Positions 19,527 to 30,126 of a stretch of 64,000 nucleotides of DNA are shown here, in pieces. The stretch's first letter is position 1. Every line of letters begins with the position of its first letter. The DNA lies in assembly GCA_963789395.1 (NCBI GenBank), contig CAWBKP010000019.1, positions 64,001 through 128,000 on the forward strand, in the 5' to 3' direction. This stretch comes from an uncultured delta proteobacterium. Lineage in GTDB: Bacteria; Desulfobacterota; Desulfobacteria; Desulfobacterales; Desulfatirhabdiaceae. Under the pieces are notes generated by a model that searched no databases, was not told where the DNA came from, and worked only from the letters and a program-made list of their open reading frames with translations. Both the position numbers and the translations under genes were made by a program.

Positions 19527-22500
19527 ATGCATTTTCAGAATAAACAGCGATCCGGCAGCAGGAAGTATTCAAAAAGTCACAAATCGCAGGAACTCAGAAG
19601 CCTTTCTTTACAGAAGGCACTGAAAAGGTATAACGCCGGTCTGTTTCAGGAAGCGGAAAAAGTGCTTGAATCCCATCTCAAACGCCATCCCAAAGATCAT
19701 GCCGCCCTGAACCTTTTGGGCCTGATTGACTATCAATATGGCCGTTACGATGCATCCATCCAGAGACTTCGATCCGCCATCCTATTGAATGATCGTGAAC
19801 CTATCTATCACACTAATCTGGGGGTCGCCATAAAAGGCAGTGGAGATCTGAAGGGGGCTATCCCCTGCTTTCAGAAGGCACTCGATCTAAGTCCGGATAA
19901 CAGCGCAGCCTCCAATAGCCTTGGTAGCACTTATCATGCCCTGGGAGAGCTTTCTCTGGCAATAGAATGGTTTGAGTACACGTTGGTCCGTAATCCGGAT
20001 TATACTCTGGCTTACAACAACAAAGCCAATGTCTATAAGGATCAGGGCAGGATCGATAAAGCGATTGCATTTTTTCAAGAAGCCGTTCGGCGAAATCCGA
20101 GTAATGCAGCAGTCGGTTCGAATTATTTGTTATGCCTGAACTATCTGGAAGAAGCCGACCCCGAAACCGTGTTCCGGCACCATAAGGAATGGTCTGTGCA
20201 TAATGCCCCTGAAACCGGCCATATCCATCATGAATATCCAAACGACGCCATTCCAACCCGCCGGATCCGTGTGGGATATGTATCTGCCGATTTTCACCTT
20301 CATTCGGTGGCTTTTTTTATATTTCCGGTCATTCTGGGTCATGATCGGGAGCAAATCGAAGTATACTGTTATTCAGATGTCGCCAGGCCGGATGACGTTT
20401 CCCAGGTTGATGATGACAAACGCAGATCACTGGCAGAATATTCATGGAATGACTGATGCGCTGGTATTTCAATGTATTCAAAAAGATGGCATTGACATAC
20501 TCGTGGATCTTGCCGGACATAGCGGCAATAACCGGTTGAAGCTGTTTGCCCGCAAACCTGCGCCGATTCAGGTCTCCTATCTGGGATATCCCAATACAAC
20601 GGGTCTGACGGCGATGGACTATCGGTTTACCGATAACGTAGCAGATCCGCCGGGTTTGACCGACGCCTATTACACGGAAAAGCTGATTCGTCTTCCCGAA
20701 GGATTTCTGTGTTATCGCCCTTCAGTCGGATGTCCGGATATTGCACCACCACCCTGTCTGGAGAACGGGTACATTACTTTTGGCTCTTTTAACAACTGGG
20801 CGAAAATCAATTCAAAAACCATTGCCCTTTGGTCTGATCTGCTGTCGCGGGTTCCCGATTCACGATTGATTCTGAAGTCGAGCCTGGCATCAGACCGGGA
20901 TGCCCAGCAGCAATTACTTTCCCTGTTTGTTCAAAACGGCATTGAAGCCTCAAGAATCGAAATCCTGTCGCGTCTTCCTGTTTTCGGCGAGCATTTGAAA
21001 CAGTATCAGCGGGTGGATATTGCGCTGGACACTTTCCCTTATAACGGTACCACTACCACCTGTGAAGCTCTCTGGATGGGAGTTCCCGTCATCACGCTGG
21101 CAGGAAATACGCATGCTTCAAGGGTTGGCGCCAGCATTCTCAGCCGGCTTGGATTAAATGAATGGATAGTCTCTTCGGTTGACGACTATTTGAATATTTC
21201 AGAAGCCCTTGCCAATGACACCGATAATCTGAAATGCCTGCGGCGAACATTGCGCGAAAAATTTCAGAATTCGTCGCTGATGAATGAAAAAAGATTTTTA
21301 GCAAACCTGGAGACTGCTTATCGCCGAATGTGGCGGAATTGGTGTGCTGAATTAATCACTGAGGGCGGTGATCACAGCGACGTCATGGATGCCCGCATTA
21401 AGGGCGATATCACGGTTTGTGTTCCCAATGACTTAAACTGCCTGACTCCTTATATCTTGCAGGAATATCAGGACTGGTTTGAGCAGGAAATCTCATTTGT
21501 TCGAACCTTTCTTAAATCCGGCATGAACGTGGTGGATATCGGGGCCAATTATGGGACGTATACACTTACAGCCGCAAAATCGGTTGGGCCGGCGGGGAAA
21601 GTGTGGGCCTTTGAACCCTCCCGACTGACCGCTGCATATCTCACCCGGAGTATTCGCCTCAATGGTCTGGATCATGTCACACTGATTCAGGCCGGCGTCT
21701 CGGATGCTGACCGCCGGGCGTTTCTTTCCATGAATGCCAATTCCGAGCTCAATGAGGTGGTCGAGTCCGAAGCTGCGGGCCAGACGGAATCCATAGCACT
21801 GATGAGCCTGGATGGATGGATGAAAACAGCAGGCGCCCGAATCGATTTTATGAAAATGGACGCCGAAGGCCAGGAAGAAAATGTGATTCGTGGCGGCAAG
21901 CATTTTTTTGAATCCTGTTCCCCGCTGATTCTTTATGAAATCAAACACGGGAATGCGTTTCACCTGGAATTGGCGCAATCTTTCATGAACATCGGTTACC
22001 GGAGTTATCGGTTGATTCCGGGGCTGAATATTCTGGCGCCGTTTTCCATGGGGGAAAAACCGGATGCGTATCAATTGAATCTTTTCTGCTGCAAGGACGA
22101 TTGTGCGGAAAGCGCTCCGGCAGCAGGGGCTTCTGGCAGTTCCCAAAATGGAGGATTCACTTCCTGCCGATTTTCCTGCGCCACTCTGGATCGATTATCT
22201 TCAGGGGTTTCCTTATGTCATCCGGCTTCTGCATCCGTGGCAGGCATATTGTCAGGAGCATGCCGGAGCTTCAGGCTGGCAGATTCATCAGCAGGCGCTG
22301 AGTGCATACGCCGTATCCCGGTTGCCGGGTTACAGCGCTTCCGATCGGTATGAGGCTCTGATCAAAGGCTATGGTCTGATGACAGGCCTGATGCAGTCTC
22401 AACCGACCGTTTCACGGCTTCTGACGGCAACCCGGATGGCCATGGATCTGGGATATCGGGAAGATGCCGTAAACATGCTCAATCTTTTATATGGTTATTT

Positions 22501-22792
22501 TGAATCCGGTCAGGAATTTTCCGTGAATGAGCCGTTTCTGTCCGTATCCGAGCGGTTGGCGGAGCTTGATCCCGGCAATGACTTCGGCCAGTGGTTAATA
22601 TATGGTGTGCTTGAGACCCGGGAGATCTGCCGGTCGTTTTCTTCGTATTTTACCGGCAAGAATTCTTTGCCGGACCTGGAACTGATGTGGACATCGCCGT
22701 TTTACAGCGATGAAATGGCAAGAAGACGGCAGCTTATCCGAAAGCGGTTTGGGGTTGCTGTGAGAGTGTGGATCGGTGCGTATGGGGAATAA
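19527..22792 (+). CDS. TPR + SPINDLY/O-GlcNAc-transferase-like (GT41) + FkbM methyltransferase fusion, frameshifts near 20400 and 22105
   Basis: TPR repeats; RVGYVSADFHLHSV, DILVDLAGHS, PAPIQVSYLGYP and LDTFPYNGTTTTCEALWMGVP (GT41); then VDIGANYG, FEPS and KMDAEG (FkbM). Confidence 0.85.
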
Positions 22793-22824
22793 AACAGTAA
22801 AAAACGAAAGGAGAAAAATAACAT

Positions 22825-22851
22825 TAAAGTTTTGAGGCGATAAGGCGATAC
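22825..22851 (+). promoter_or_regulatory. sigma28 (FliA) promoter P1 upstream of flagellin
   Basis: TAAA-N15-GGCGATAC. Confidence 0.65.
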
Positions 22852-22894
22852 TCTTATCAAAGGCGAAAACAAGTTTACCGGTTAAAAAAAAGAT

Positions 22895-22921
22895 TAAAGT
22901 TTCTTGCCGGAACGCCGATAC
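22895..22921 (+). promoter_or_regulatory. sigma28 (FliA) promoter P2 upstream of flagellin
   Basis: TAAA-N15-GCCGATAC. Confidence 0.8.
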
Positions 22922-23042
22922 CAGAATTAACGGTCACAAGAAAACCCAAAAAAACGGAAGGAGGAAAAGAATTCAAGTTTTTCCAGAAAACAACCATTGA
23001 AATTCAATGGAAGAAAACAAGTACTGTCGTAAAATAAATCAT

Positions 23043-23069
23043 TAAAGTTTATCAAAAGAATACCGATAC
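23043..23069 (+). promoter_or_regulatory. sigma28 (FliA) promoter P3 upstream of flagellin
   Basis: TAAA-N15-ACCGATAC. Confidence 0.8.
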
Positions 23070-23156
23070 AAGAATTAAAACAATGGAACATCACCCAATT
23101 CAAGCCAAGGGCATAGATGCCCGAGGTAAACAAATTATTCATGGAGGAATACTACT

Positions 23157-23994
23157 ATGGCTATGACAATCAACACCAATATGGCTTCTTTGAACGCTCA
23201 GCGGAATCTGTCCAAAACACAGGGTTTGATGAATCTGTCCATTCAAAGACTTTCTTCAGGACTTCGAATCAACAGTGCAAAGGATGATGCAGCCGGCCTG
23301 GGGATTTCCACCCGGTTTACTTCCCAGATCAGAGGCCTGAATCAGGCGGTGAGAAACGCCAATGACGGCATTTCGCAATTACAGACTGCTGAAGGCGCCA
23401 TGCAGGAAGTAACGAACATTTTGGGGCGCATGAGAGAGCTCGCGGTGCAGTCATGCCAATACCAGCACCTATGATGACACCACCGACCGGGCATCTATGC
23501 AGGACGAAGTGATCAGTTGGTTGAGGAGATTGGCCGGATTTCAGACAATACAGAGTTTAACGGCGTCAACCTGCTGGATGGCTCGGCGGCCGTCACTCAC
23601 GTTTCAGGTCGGAGCCAATAATCGGACCAGACCATCTCAGTGACATTTGGTTGCAATCACCATCGCCGCCACCTCCCTTAATGTGGCCACCGCGAGTGTG
23701 GCTACCGCAACCGACGCAGGTGCCTTGCTTATGCTATTGATACTGCTCTGGATACGGTTTCGGGAGCCCGGGGCGACATTGGGTGCGGTACAGAACCGGA
23801 TGGAATCAACGATAGCGAATTTGATGAACGTGTCCGAGAACCTGTCGGCAGCCAATGGGCGGATTATGGATGCGGACTTTGCGGCGGAAACAGCCAATTT
23901 GACCAAACAGCAGATTCTCACGCAGGCAGGCATGGCCATGCTGGCCCAGGCCAAGCAGCTCCCGCAGCAGGTACTGCAACTGCTCCAAAATTAG
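23157..23994 (+). CDS. fliC: Flagellin (short, about 278 aa), several frameshifts
   Basis: N-terminal [19 protein letters not shown]-terminal LGAVQNR...[21 protein letters not shown]...QLLQ. Confidence 0.95.
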
Positions 23995-24017
23995 TTTGGA
24001 CCTGTTAACAAGTAAGT

Positions 24018-24045
24018 AAATCCCCCCGGTTCGCCGGGGGGATTT
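24018..24045 (+). terminator. Stem-loop after fliC (terminator or attenuator of read-through into fliD)
   Basis: 12-bp stem AAATCCCCCCGG / CCGGGGGGATTT with a TTCG tetraloop. Confidence 0.8.
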
Positions 24046-24079
24046 CCATCGATTTTTGGGCTTTGAAGGGAGATGTGTT

Positions 24080-25518
24080 ATGGGAATTTCACTCGGTGGG
24101 TTGATTTCCGGGATGGATACGGATAGTGTCATTTCCAAGCTTCTGGACCTTCAGAAAAAGCCCATCTTGCTGCTTCAGAAGAAGGAGGCCGACTACAAGG
24201 TCAAGCTTTCCGCCTACAGCACCCTTCAGGGCAGCCTGAAAAGCCTGAAAATTGCCGCCGGCAACCTGGACAGCGTATTGGATATTAAAAGCTATTCCGC
24301 TGCATCCAGCAACACCGATCTGCTGACGGCTTCAGTACTGAATTCGGCGGTGCCGGGCAGTTATTCGCTTATAGTTAACAGCCTGGCAACGGCCCACAAG
24401 TTGACCAGCAGCAGCTTTACTCCTGCCGAGGCCGTGGGCAAGGGCACCATTCACCTTGCGCTGGGCAGCAATGATCCGGTCGATATTGAAGTAGCTTCAG
24501 GCAGCACGATATCGGATATTGCCAAAGCCATCAATGCCGCAGATACGGGGATTTATGCGTCCGTGATCAATGACGGCACCAACAGTTTCTTAACCCTGTC
24601 CGGAAAACAGACCGGCGCTGCCAACGTCATCAAATTGACGGTAACAGAAGATGGCACGGACCCCATCAATCTGCCTGCCGGCTCGCCATCTGCAGATGAG
24701 GATACAACCGGGCTGTCCCGGCTGGTTTACGACGCCGGCGGCACAAAAAATCTCACCAGCGTCAGGGCGCGGCAGATTCAAAATTCAGCGTGGACGGCCT
24801 TCCCATCACCCGGACAACCAATACCATTTCCGATGTCATCAGCGGGATGACGCTGAATCTGAAAGCGGCAGACCCCCTTCAGCCGGTGACGGTTACCGTC
24901 GAACGCAGCGACGAGCTTTTCACCACCCGGCTGAATGAATTCATAGAGGCATACAATGGGCTGGTGGATTCTCTAAAAAGCTTGCAGAGTTACGATTCGT
25001 CGACCCAGAAAGCCGGCGATCTGTTCAGCGATTCCACGACCCGGCGGATTCAAAGCGAGATACAAAGCTTGATTTCCAATTCCGTTCCCGGGCTTGCGGC
25101 CGGGTTAAGCCGAATGACCGATCTTGGCGTTTCCACCAACGCCGATGGAAAACTGGAACTGGATACCAGCGTATTCAATGCAAAGCTGAAAGACAATTAT
25201 GATGATGTCGTCAAATTCTTTACAAAAACCGATGCAGGGGCGAAAGGGTTTGCGGTCCGGTTGGCCGATTCCCTGGAAAAAATACTGGATTCTAATAATG
25301 GAGTGCTGGCAGCCCGGACCAAGGGAATTGACGGCAGCATTCGTGACCTGGATGATCAGATTGAGGTGCTGAATAATCGCATGTCCGCATCCGAAACCCG
25401 CCTGCGGGCGCAGTTTTCTGCCCTGGAATCGCTTTTGGGAAAATATCAGAACATATCCGATTCATTGACCGCAAGTCTCAAACAGATTGAAAATGGTTGG
25501 GGTACGAATTCGAAATAA
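24080..25518 (+). CDS. fliD: Flagellar filament cap protein, frameshift near 24770
   Basis: ISLGGLISGMDTDSVI; TNTISDVISGMTLNL; C-terminal RLRAQFSALE. Confidence 0.93.
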
Positions 25519-25583
25519 TCGGGGTGCGGAATGGGCTCATTATTCTTTATTCATCCCGACGGCAGTACAGATGGGGAGACCGC

Positions 25584-26027
25584 ATGACTTACGCAGGATA
25601 CAGTGCTTACAACCGAATCGCCAATACGATCGACAGCAAGGAAATGATACTGGTTAAACTTCTGGAAGGGACCGTGCGCTTTGTTCAGGCTGCGCGGGCC
25701 GGACTTGAGGCTGGCAATCCAAAGATCAAGGGGGAAAACATCTCCAGGGCGATAGCGATTATTACGGAACTGGACTGTGCACTGGACCGGGATATGGGCG
25801 GCGACCTGGTGGAGAATCTTTCCGGCCTGTACCGGTATATCCTGGGCCGCCTGACCCTTGCCAATCTCAGAGATGACAACCAAATACTGGGCGAGGTGGA
25901 AGGGCTTCTTCTGACCATCAAGGAAGGTTTTGCGGATGCGTTTAAACAGATGTCTTCGGAAGTGCTTTCGGATCACTCCCTGTCCTATCAACCCGCATCC
26001 CAGAAAGGATTCTGCATTGCCGCCTGA
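25584..26027 (+). CDS. fliS: Flagellin export chaperone
   Basis: RAIAIITELDCALD and NLSGLYRY motifs; follows fliD. Confidence 0.92.
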   Translation: MTYAGYSAYNRIANTIDSKEMILVKLLEGTVRFVQAARAGLEAGNPKIKGENISRAIAIITELDCALDRDMGGDLVENLSGLYRYILGRLTLANLRDDNQILGEVEGLLLTIKEGFADAFKQMSSEVLSDHSLSYQPASQKGFCIAA

Positions 26028-26322
26028 TCCTCATGAAATGCTTTACCGGAAGCTGGCGGAGTTCACGGACCGGGTCAGATTTGCGCTGAAGGAAACAGAC
26101 CCCGATGTCCTGATGCTTCTGGCTGCAGAGCAAGATACGCTCGTCAGGGATCTTCAGCAGGCCGGTGTCAGTGCGGACAGCCGCCTTCTGGGCCAGGTTC
26201 AGGCGCTCAGCCGCCAGGTGTCGGATGTGATAACGGAAATTCAGCAGCGCCAGCATGATATTTCCATCCGAATCAAGCAGGTTGCGGATGGGAAAAAATT
26301 GGTTCAAGCATACGTAAACTAG
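26017..26322 (+). CDS. Small helical protein in the FliT position
   Basis: Coiled-coil-like ORF ending KKLVQAY between fliS and flaG. The FliT-like call rests on context only. Confidence 0.55.
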   Translation: MPPDPHEMLYRKLAEFTDRVRFALKETDPDVLMLLAAEQDTLVRDLQQAGVSADSRLLGQVQALSRQVSDVITEIQQRQHDISIRIKQVADGKKLVQAYVN

Positions 26323-26332
26323 TGGAGGCAGT

Positions 26333-26755
26333 ATGGAAGCGACCCAAGCTCTTAAAGTTCAACGGTTTCAGACCGGTTTTGTGGATGTGAAATCCATGGG
26401 GTATCCCGCGTCACAGAATCCTGAAAAATCCGGAATTAGTCCAGTTCAGTCCCTGGATCAGATTGATTTAAGAACCCGGGATCAAATTGATTCAAAAAAC
26501 CAGGACCAGCAGAAACAGGCGAAAATCGCGGAACAGGCCATGCCGGCAATGCTGAAGGATCTGGAAAGTAAAATCAACCAGATGCATGAAGTCGGACTGG
26601 AGTTTTCCCAGTATAAGGATTCCGGGAAAATAATCGTCCGGGTGGTTGAAAAAGGGACCAATAAGGTAATCCGGGAAATTCCCAGCGAAGAGTTTCTGGA
26701 TCTGGTCGAAAAGATGGATCAGATGATCGGGATATTGTTCGACAAAAAAGTATGA
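26333..26755 (+). CDS. flaG: Flagellar protein FlaG
   Basis: LEFS, IIVRVVEKGTNKVIREIPSEE and GILFDKKV motifs. Confidence 0.92.
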   Translation: MEATQALKVQRFQTGFVDVKSMGYPASQNPEKSGISPVQSLDQIDLRTRDQIDSKNQDQQKQAKIAEQAMPAMLKDLESKINQMHEVGLEFSQYKDSGKIIVRVVEKGTNKVIREIPSEEFLDLVEKMDQMIGILFDKKV

Positions 26756-26956
26756 TCCGTGGCATCTCGCGAAAGCGTGATGGCGCTCATGGGGGTTGCC
26801 GGGTTATTTGCCTGAGAATTTGTCCTAAATCGGATTGATCCTTCCTGCCTTTTTTTGTCTTGATAACGGATTGTCATCCATGATAGTCCTTCTCCAAGCC
26901 GTGTCGTTGATTATTCTGAAAAATCCCCATAACAAAACCGCCTGTTCAGATATTTC

Positions 26957-26972
26957 TGGTACGGGATTTGCT
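26957..26972 (+). promoter_or_regulatory. sigma54 promoter upstream of the signalling cassette
   Basis: TGGTACGGGATTTGCT (GG-N10-GC). Confidence 0.7.
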
Positions 26973-27026
26973 TTCCCAATCATCCTATGCGGGTAGTATG
27001 AGACGGGGAGGTGCCTCCTTTGAAAA

Positions 27027-27434
27027 ATGGAATATGTCACGTCCTTTAAAGATCAAGGAAGTTTAAAGATGGAACAAATCAGGGTGCTGGTTGTTGACGA
27101 TGAGTTGTTTGTCGGGGAATTGCTGAAGGAATACCTGTCAATTATCGGGTATGATGTAACGGCGGTTTCAAACGGCGAGGATGCGCTTTCCGTTTTCCAG
27201 CAATCTCCGCCCCATATCGTCATCCTGGATATTCGCATGCCGGGGATGGGCGGTATGGAGGTGCTGAAAAACATCAAGGAGAAAAACAGAGCCACCGGCG
27301 TCATCATGCTGTCTGCTTATGGAGATCCGGAAACCGTCAGCAAGGCGATTGGACTGGGAGCCGACCATTATCTTCAAAAGCCCATGAACCTGAAACACCT
27401 GGTGGAAACCTTGAAATTGCTGCATCCACCCTAA
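27027..27434 (+). CDS. Single-domain response regulator (REC)
   Basis: VLVVDDE, LDIRMPGMGG, MLSAY and YLQKP motifs; alternative start at 27069. Confidence 0.92.
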   Translation: MEYVTSFKDQGSLKMEQIRVLVVDDELFVGELLKEYLSIIGYDVTAVSNGEDALSVFQQSPPHIVILDIRMPGMGGMEVLKNIKEKNRATGVIMLSAYGDPETVSKAIGLGADHYLQKPMNLKHLVETLKLLHPP

Positions 27435-27454
27435 CAAAGTATGAAGAAATTGTT

Positions 27455-27548
27455 TGAATCGCGAAATTCGAAACAATGTTTTCACCAGCCAGAATCCGAA
27501 TTTTTTTATTGGAATTGAATTTCTTTCGATATTCGATATGCTTGAATG
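27455..27548. repeat. Degenerate copy of the AT-rich TTCGAA-type inverted repeat element
   Basis: CGAAATTCGAAACAATGTT (27462-27480) is identical to 51455-51473; the right arm is also similar. Confidence 0.7.
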
Positions 27549-27574
27549 CTTTCCGTTGAGGATCGAAGGATGTT

Positions 27575-27925
27575 ATGCACCTGATTGATCTGGACAAGGC
27601 AAAGCCGGGAATGACGCTGGCCAAATCGGTTTCAACCCTGCAGGACGTGCTGCTGCTGAAACCGGATGTCCGGTTAACCGAAAAAAATATCCATATCCTG
27701 AAATCCTGGGGTATTCATGAAATCTGGATCGATGAGGAAGCCGGCGAAGATGCTGCTGCAGGCATGGATTCGGAAAATGAACTCCGGGCATCCATTGATG
27801 AAGCACTCCGGGTTAAATTTTCTGAAACGCTGTCTGACCCGTTGATGGAAGAGATTCTGCGGATTGCCGGAAATCTTCTGGAAAAACGATTGCTGAAAAA
27901 AGAAAAACATCATGGTACCCGCTAA
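27575..27925 (+). CDS. Small hypothetical protein resembling the N-terminal module of HD-GYP proteins
   Basis: LDKAKPGMTLAKSV...LLL...LTEKNIHILKSWGI; overlaps the start of the HDOD gene. Confidence 0.7.
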   Translation: MHLIDLDKAKPGMTLAKSVSTLQDVLLLKPDVRLTEKNIHILKSWGIHEIWIDEEAGEDAAAGMDSENELRASIDEALRVKFSETLSDPLMEEILRIAGNLLEKRLLKKEKHHGTR

Positions 27926-28769
27926 GCTTAAACGCATCATCAGCCAGATCGACGATCTGCCGACGCTTCCCCGGACCGTGCTGAAGATAACGGAGCTGGT
28001 CAACAATCCCAAATCCTCGGCAAGGGATCTGTCCAGCGTCATTACCGATGATCAGGTGCTGACCGCCCGCATGCTGAAGCTTGTGAACTCTTCTTTTTAC
28101 GGATTTCCCCAGAAAGTGTCCACTGTTACCGGAGCCATCGTTTTGCTGGGGTTTGATGCCATCCGCAACCTGCTTTTGACCACGTCTGTTTTTGACATGT
28201 TTTCGAACCGGTACCGGGAAAACCGGGTGATGCAGGAAAGTTTCTGGGACCATTCCCTGGGATGTGCCATCGGGGCCAAGGTCATCGGTACCTATCTGCG
28301 GTATGAAAAAGTTGAAGAGCTCTTTGTTTCCGGACTTCTCCATGATATTGGAAAGATCGTGGAAATGCTGTTTCTGCCGGATGACTTTTCTGAAGTCCGG
28401 AGCGTGGTGAAAGCCCGCGATATTCTGATGATCGCTGCAGAGAAAGAGGTTCTGGGCTTTGCCCATCCGGATGTCGGCAAGTTGCTGGCCGAAAAGTGGA
28501 ATCTGCCTTTAAAGCTGGTGAATATTCTGGAACACCATCACCACCCGGAACAGTCAGGGCGATTTATTCAGGAAACATCGATTATTCACCTGGCGGACAT
28601 TCTCTGCAGGGCCATTGATCTTGGATCCGGGGGAGACAATAAAATGCCTTTCCTGAATTCAGAAGCCTGGGCATCCCTGAAGCTGAAACCCAATGTTCTG
28701 GAGCCGATTTTACAGGAAATGGAAAGGGAGTTTCACGATATAAACTGGGTGGTGACCGGGAAAAGGTAA
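27912..28769 (+). CDS. HDOD domain protein
   Basis: LPTLP, LKLVNSSFYG, FWDHS, GLLHDIGK, HPDVG and HHHP motifs. Confidence 0.93.
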   Translation: MVPAKLKRIISQIDDLPTLPRTVLKITELVNNPKSSARDLSSVITDDQVLTARMLKLVNSSFYGFPQKVSTVTGAIVLLGFDAIRNLLLTTSVFDMFSNRYRENRVMQESFWDHSLGCAIGAKVIGTYLRYEKVEELFVSGLLHDIGKIVEMLFLPDDFSEVRSVVKARDILMIAAEKEVLGFAHPDVGKLLAEKWNLPLKLVNILEHHHHPEQSGRFIQETSIIHLADILCRAIDLGSGGDNKMPFLNSEAWASLKLKPNVLEPILQEMEREFHDINWVVTGKR

Positions 28770-30058
28770 TGGTCGATACCGATAACGCAAACGAGAGCAG
28801 TGAAAACACAATCGCCCAGATGGAAAAGGGATACCAGGCAATCCTGGAGTTCATTGACCAGATAGAGGAGATTTCCCAGCTTCAGGATAAAATCGAGATT
28901 ACGGCCAGCATCAACCAGATATGGCATGTCTTCTTTCATGAACTTCAGAATTCGATCAACATGGAAGGCTGCGCCTTGTTCATGGTGGATGACCACAGCC
29001 ACGAATTTGTTTTGAAAAGCGCATCCCCCCAGTCGATGGGCATCGTCTTTCAGAAGGAAATTGAACATCAGATTGAATGCGGCATGTTTTCCTGGATTAT
29101 CCAGCGCCGTAAACCTGCCCTGCTTCCAGCCCTTGCGGTCAAGAAAAAAACAATCATCATGCTGCCCCTGGTTACGGCAAAACAGACCCTGGGGGTGGTG
29201 ATTATCATCACGGCAATTGAAGAGAGCGCCATTACTCAGGAAAATATGAAGCTTTTTGCCATGCTGGCAAAGCAATGCTCCCTGGTAATGGAAAATTCGC
29301 TGTTGTATGACCGGTTAAGAAGAGATCACGAATCGCTTCAAAAAGCACAGCACCAGATTCTTCAGGCTGAAAAGCTGGCATCCATCGGCCGGCTGACCGC
29401 AGGCGCCTCCCATGAGATTCTCAACCCCCTTAACATTCTTTCCGGATATATCCAGATGCTGAATCTGCAGGGAGATTCGGATGAGCGAACAGCCCGGTAT
29501 TTAGCCATCATGAGCGAGCAGGTCGAGCGCATCTCTAAAATTGTCAACGGACTGTATCAGTTTTCCCAGGCGGCCGGATCCAACAAGGAGAAAGTTCAGA
29601 TCAATGCACTGGTCCGGAAGGTTTTTCAGCTGTTTGAACACGAACATAAATATGATCATATTCATAATGTGATGAATCTGGAAGAAAACCTGCCACCGAT
29701 TCAGGGAAATACCGACACTTTGTCTCAGGTGCTGTTTATTATGCTGTCCAATGCCAGGGATGCCATGCCCAACGGCGGCGAATTAAGCGTCTCTACAAAG
29801 AGAGTTTTTTCAGAAAACACGGCGGAAGAAACTGGCGAGTGGATCGAAATACAATTTCGGGATACGGGTCATGGCATTCCCGAGGCGGAAATCAACAGGA
29901 TTTTTGATCCGTTTTTCACCACCAAGGCTTCAACAAACGGAACCGGCCTGGGGTTGTCCCTCAGCTACGGCATTATCCAGAACCATGGGGGAGCCATCCG
30001 GGTGGAAAGCCAGGTGAACAAAGGAACGACGTTTACAATCCGACTGCCATTTTCTTGA
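28769..30058 (+). CDS. Soluble sensor histidine kinase with a GAF-like N-terminus
   Basis: H-box HEILNPL, N-box NARDA, DTGHGI, FDPFFTTK and GTGLGL; no TM helix. Confidence 0.93.
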   Translation: MVDTDNANESSENTIAQMEKGYQAILEFIDQIEEISQLQDKIEITASINQIWHVFFHELQNSINMEGCALFMVDDHSHEFVLKSASPQSMGIVFQKEIEHQIECGMFSWIIQRRKPALLPALAVKKKTIIMLPLVTAKQTLGVVIIITAIEESAITQENMKLFAMLAKQCSLVMENSLLYDRLRRDHESLQKAQHQILQAEKLASIGRLTAGASHEILNPLNILSGYIQMLNLQGDSDERTARYLAIMSEQVERISKIVNGLYQFSQAAGSNKEKVQINALVRKVFQLFEHEHKYDHIHNVMNLEENLPPIQGNTDTLSQVLFIMLSNARDAMPNGGELSVSTKRVFSENTAEETGEWIEIQFRDTGHGIPEAEINRIFDPFFTTKASTNGTGLGLSLSYGIIQNHGGAIRVESQVNKGTTFTIRLPFS

Positions 30059-30126
30059 CATACATATTTGCAAAACCATCGATATATTGACTTTACCAAG
30101 TCCATCGTCACTGACCGGAGATAATT

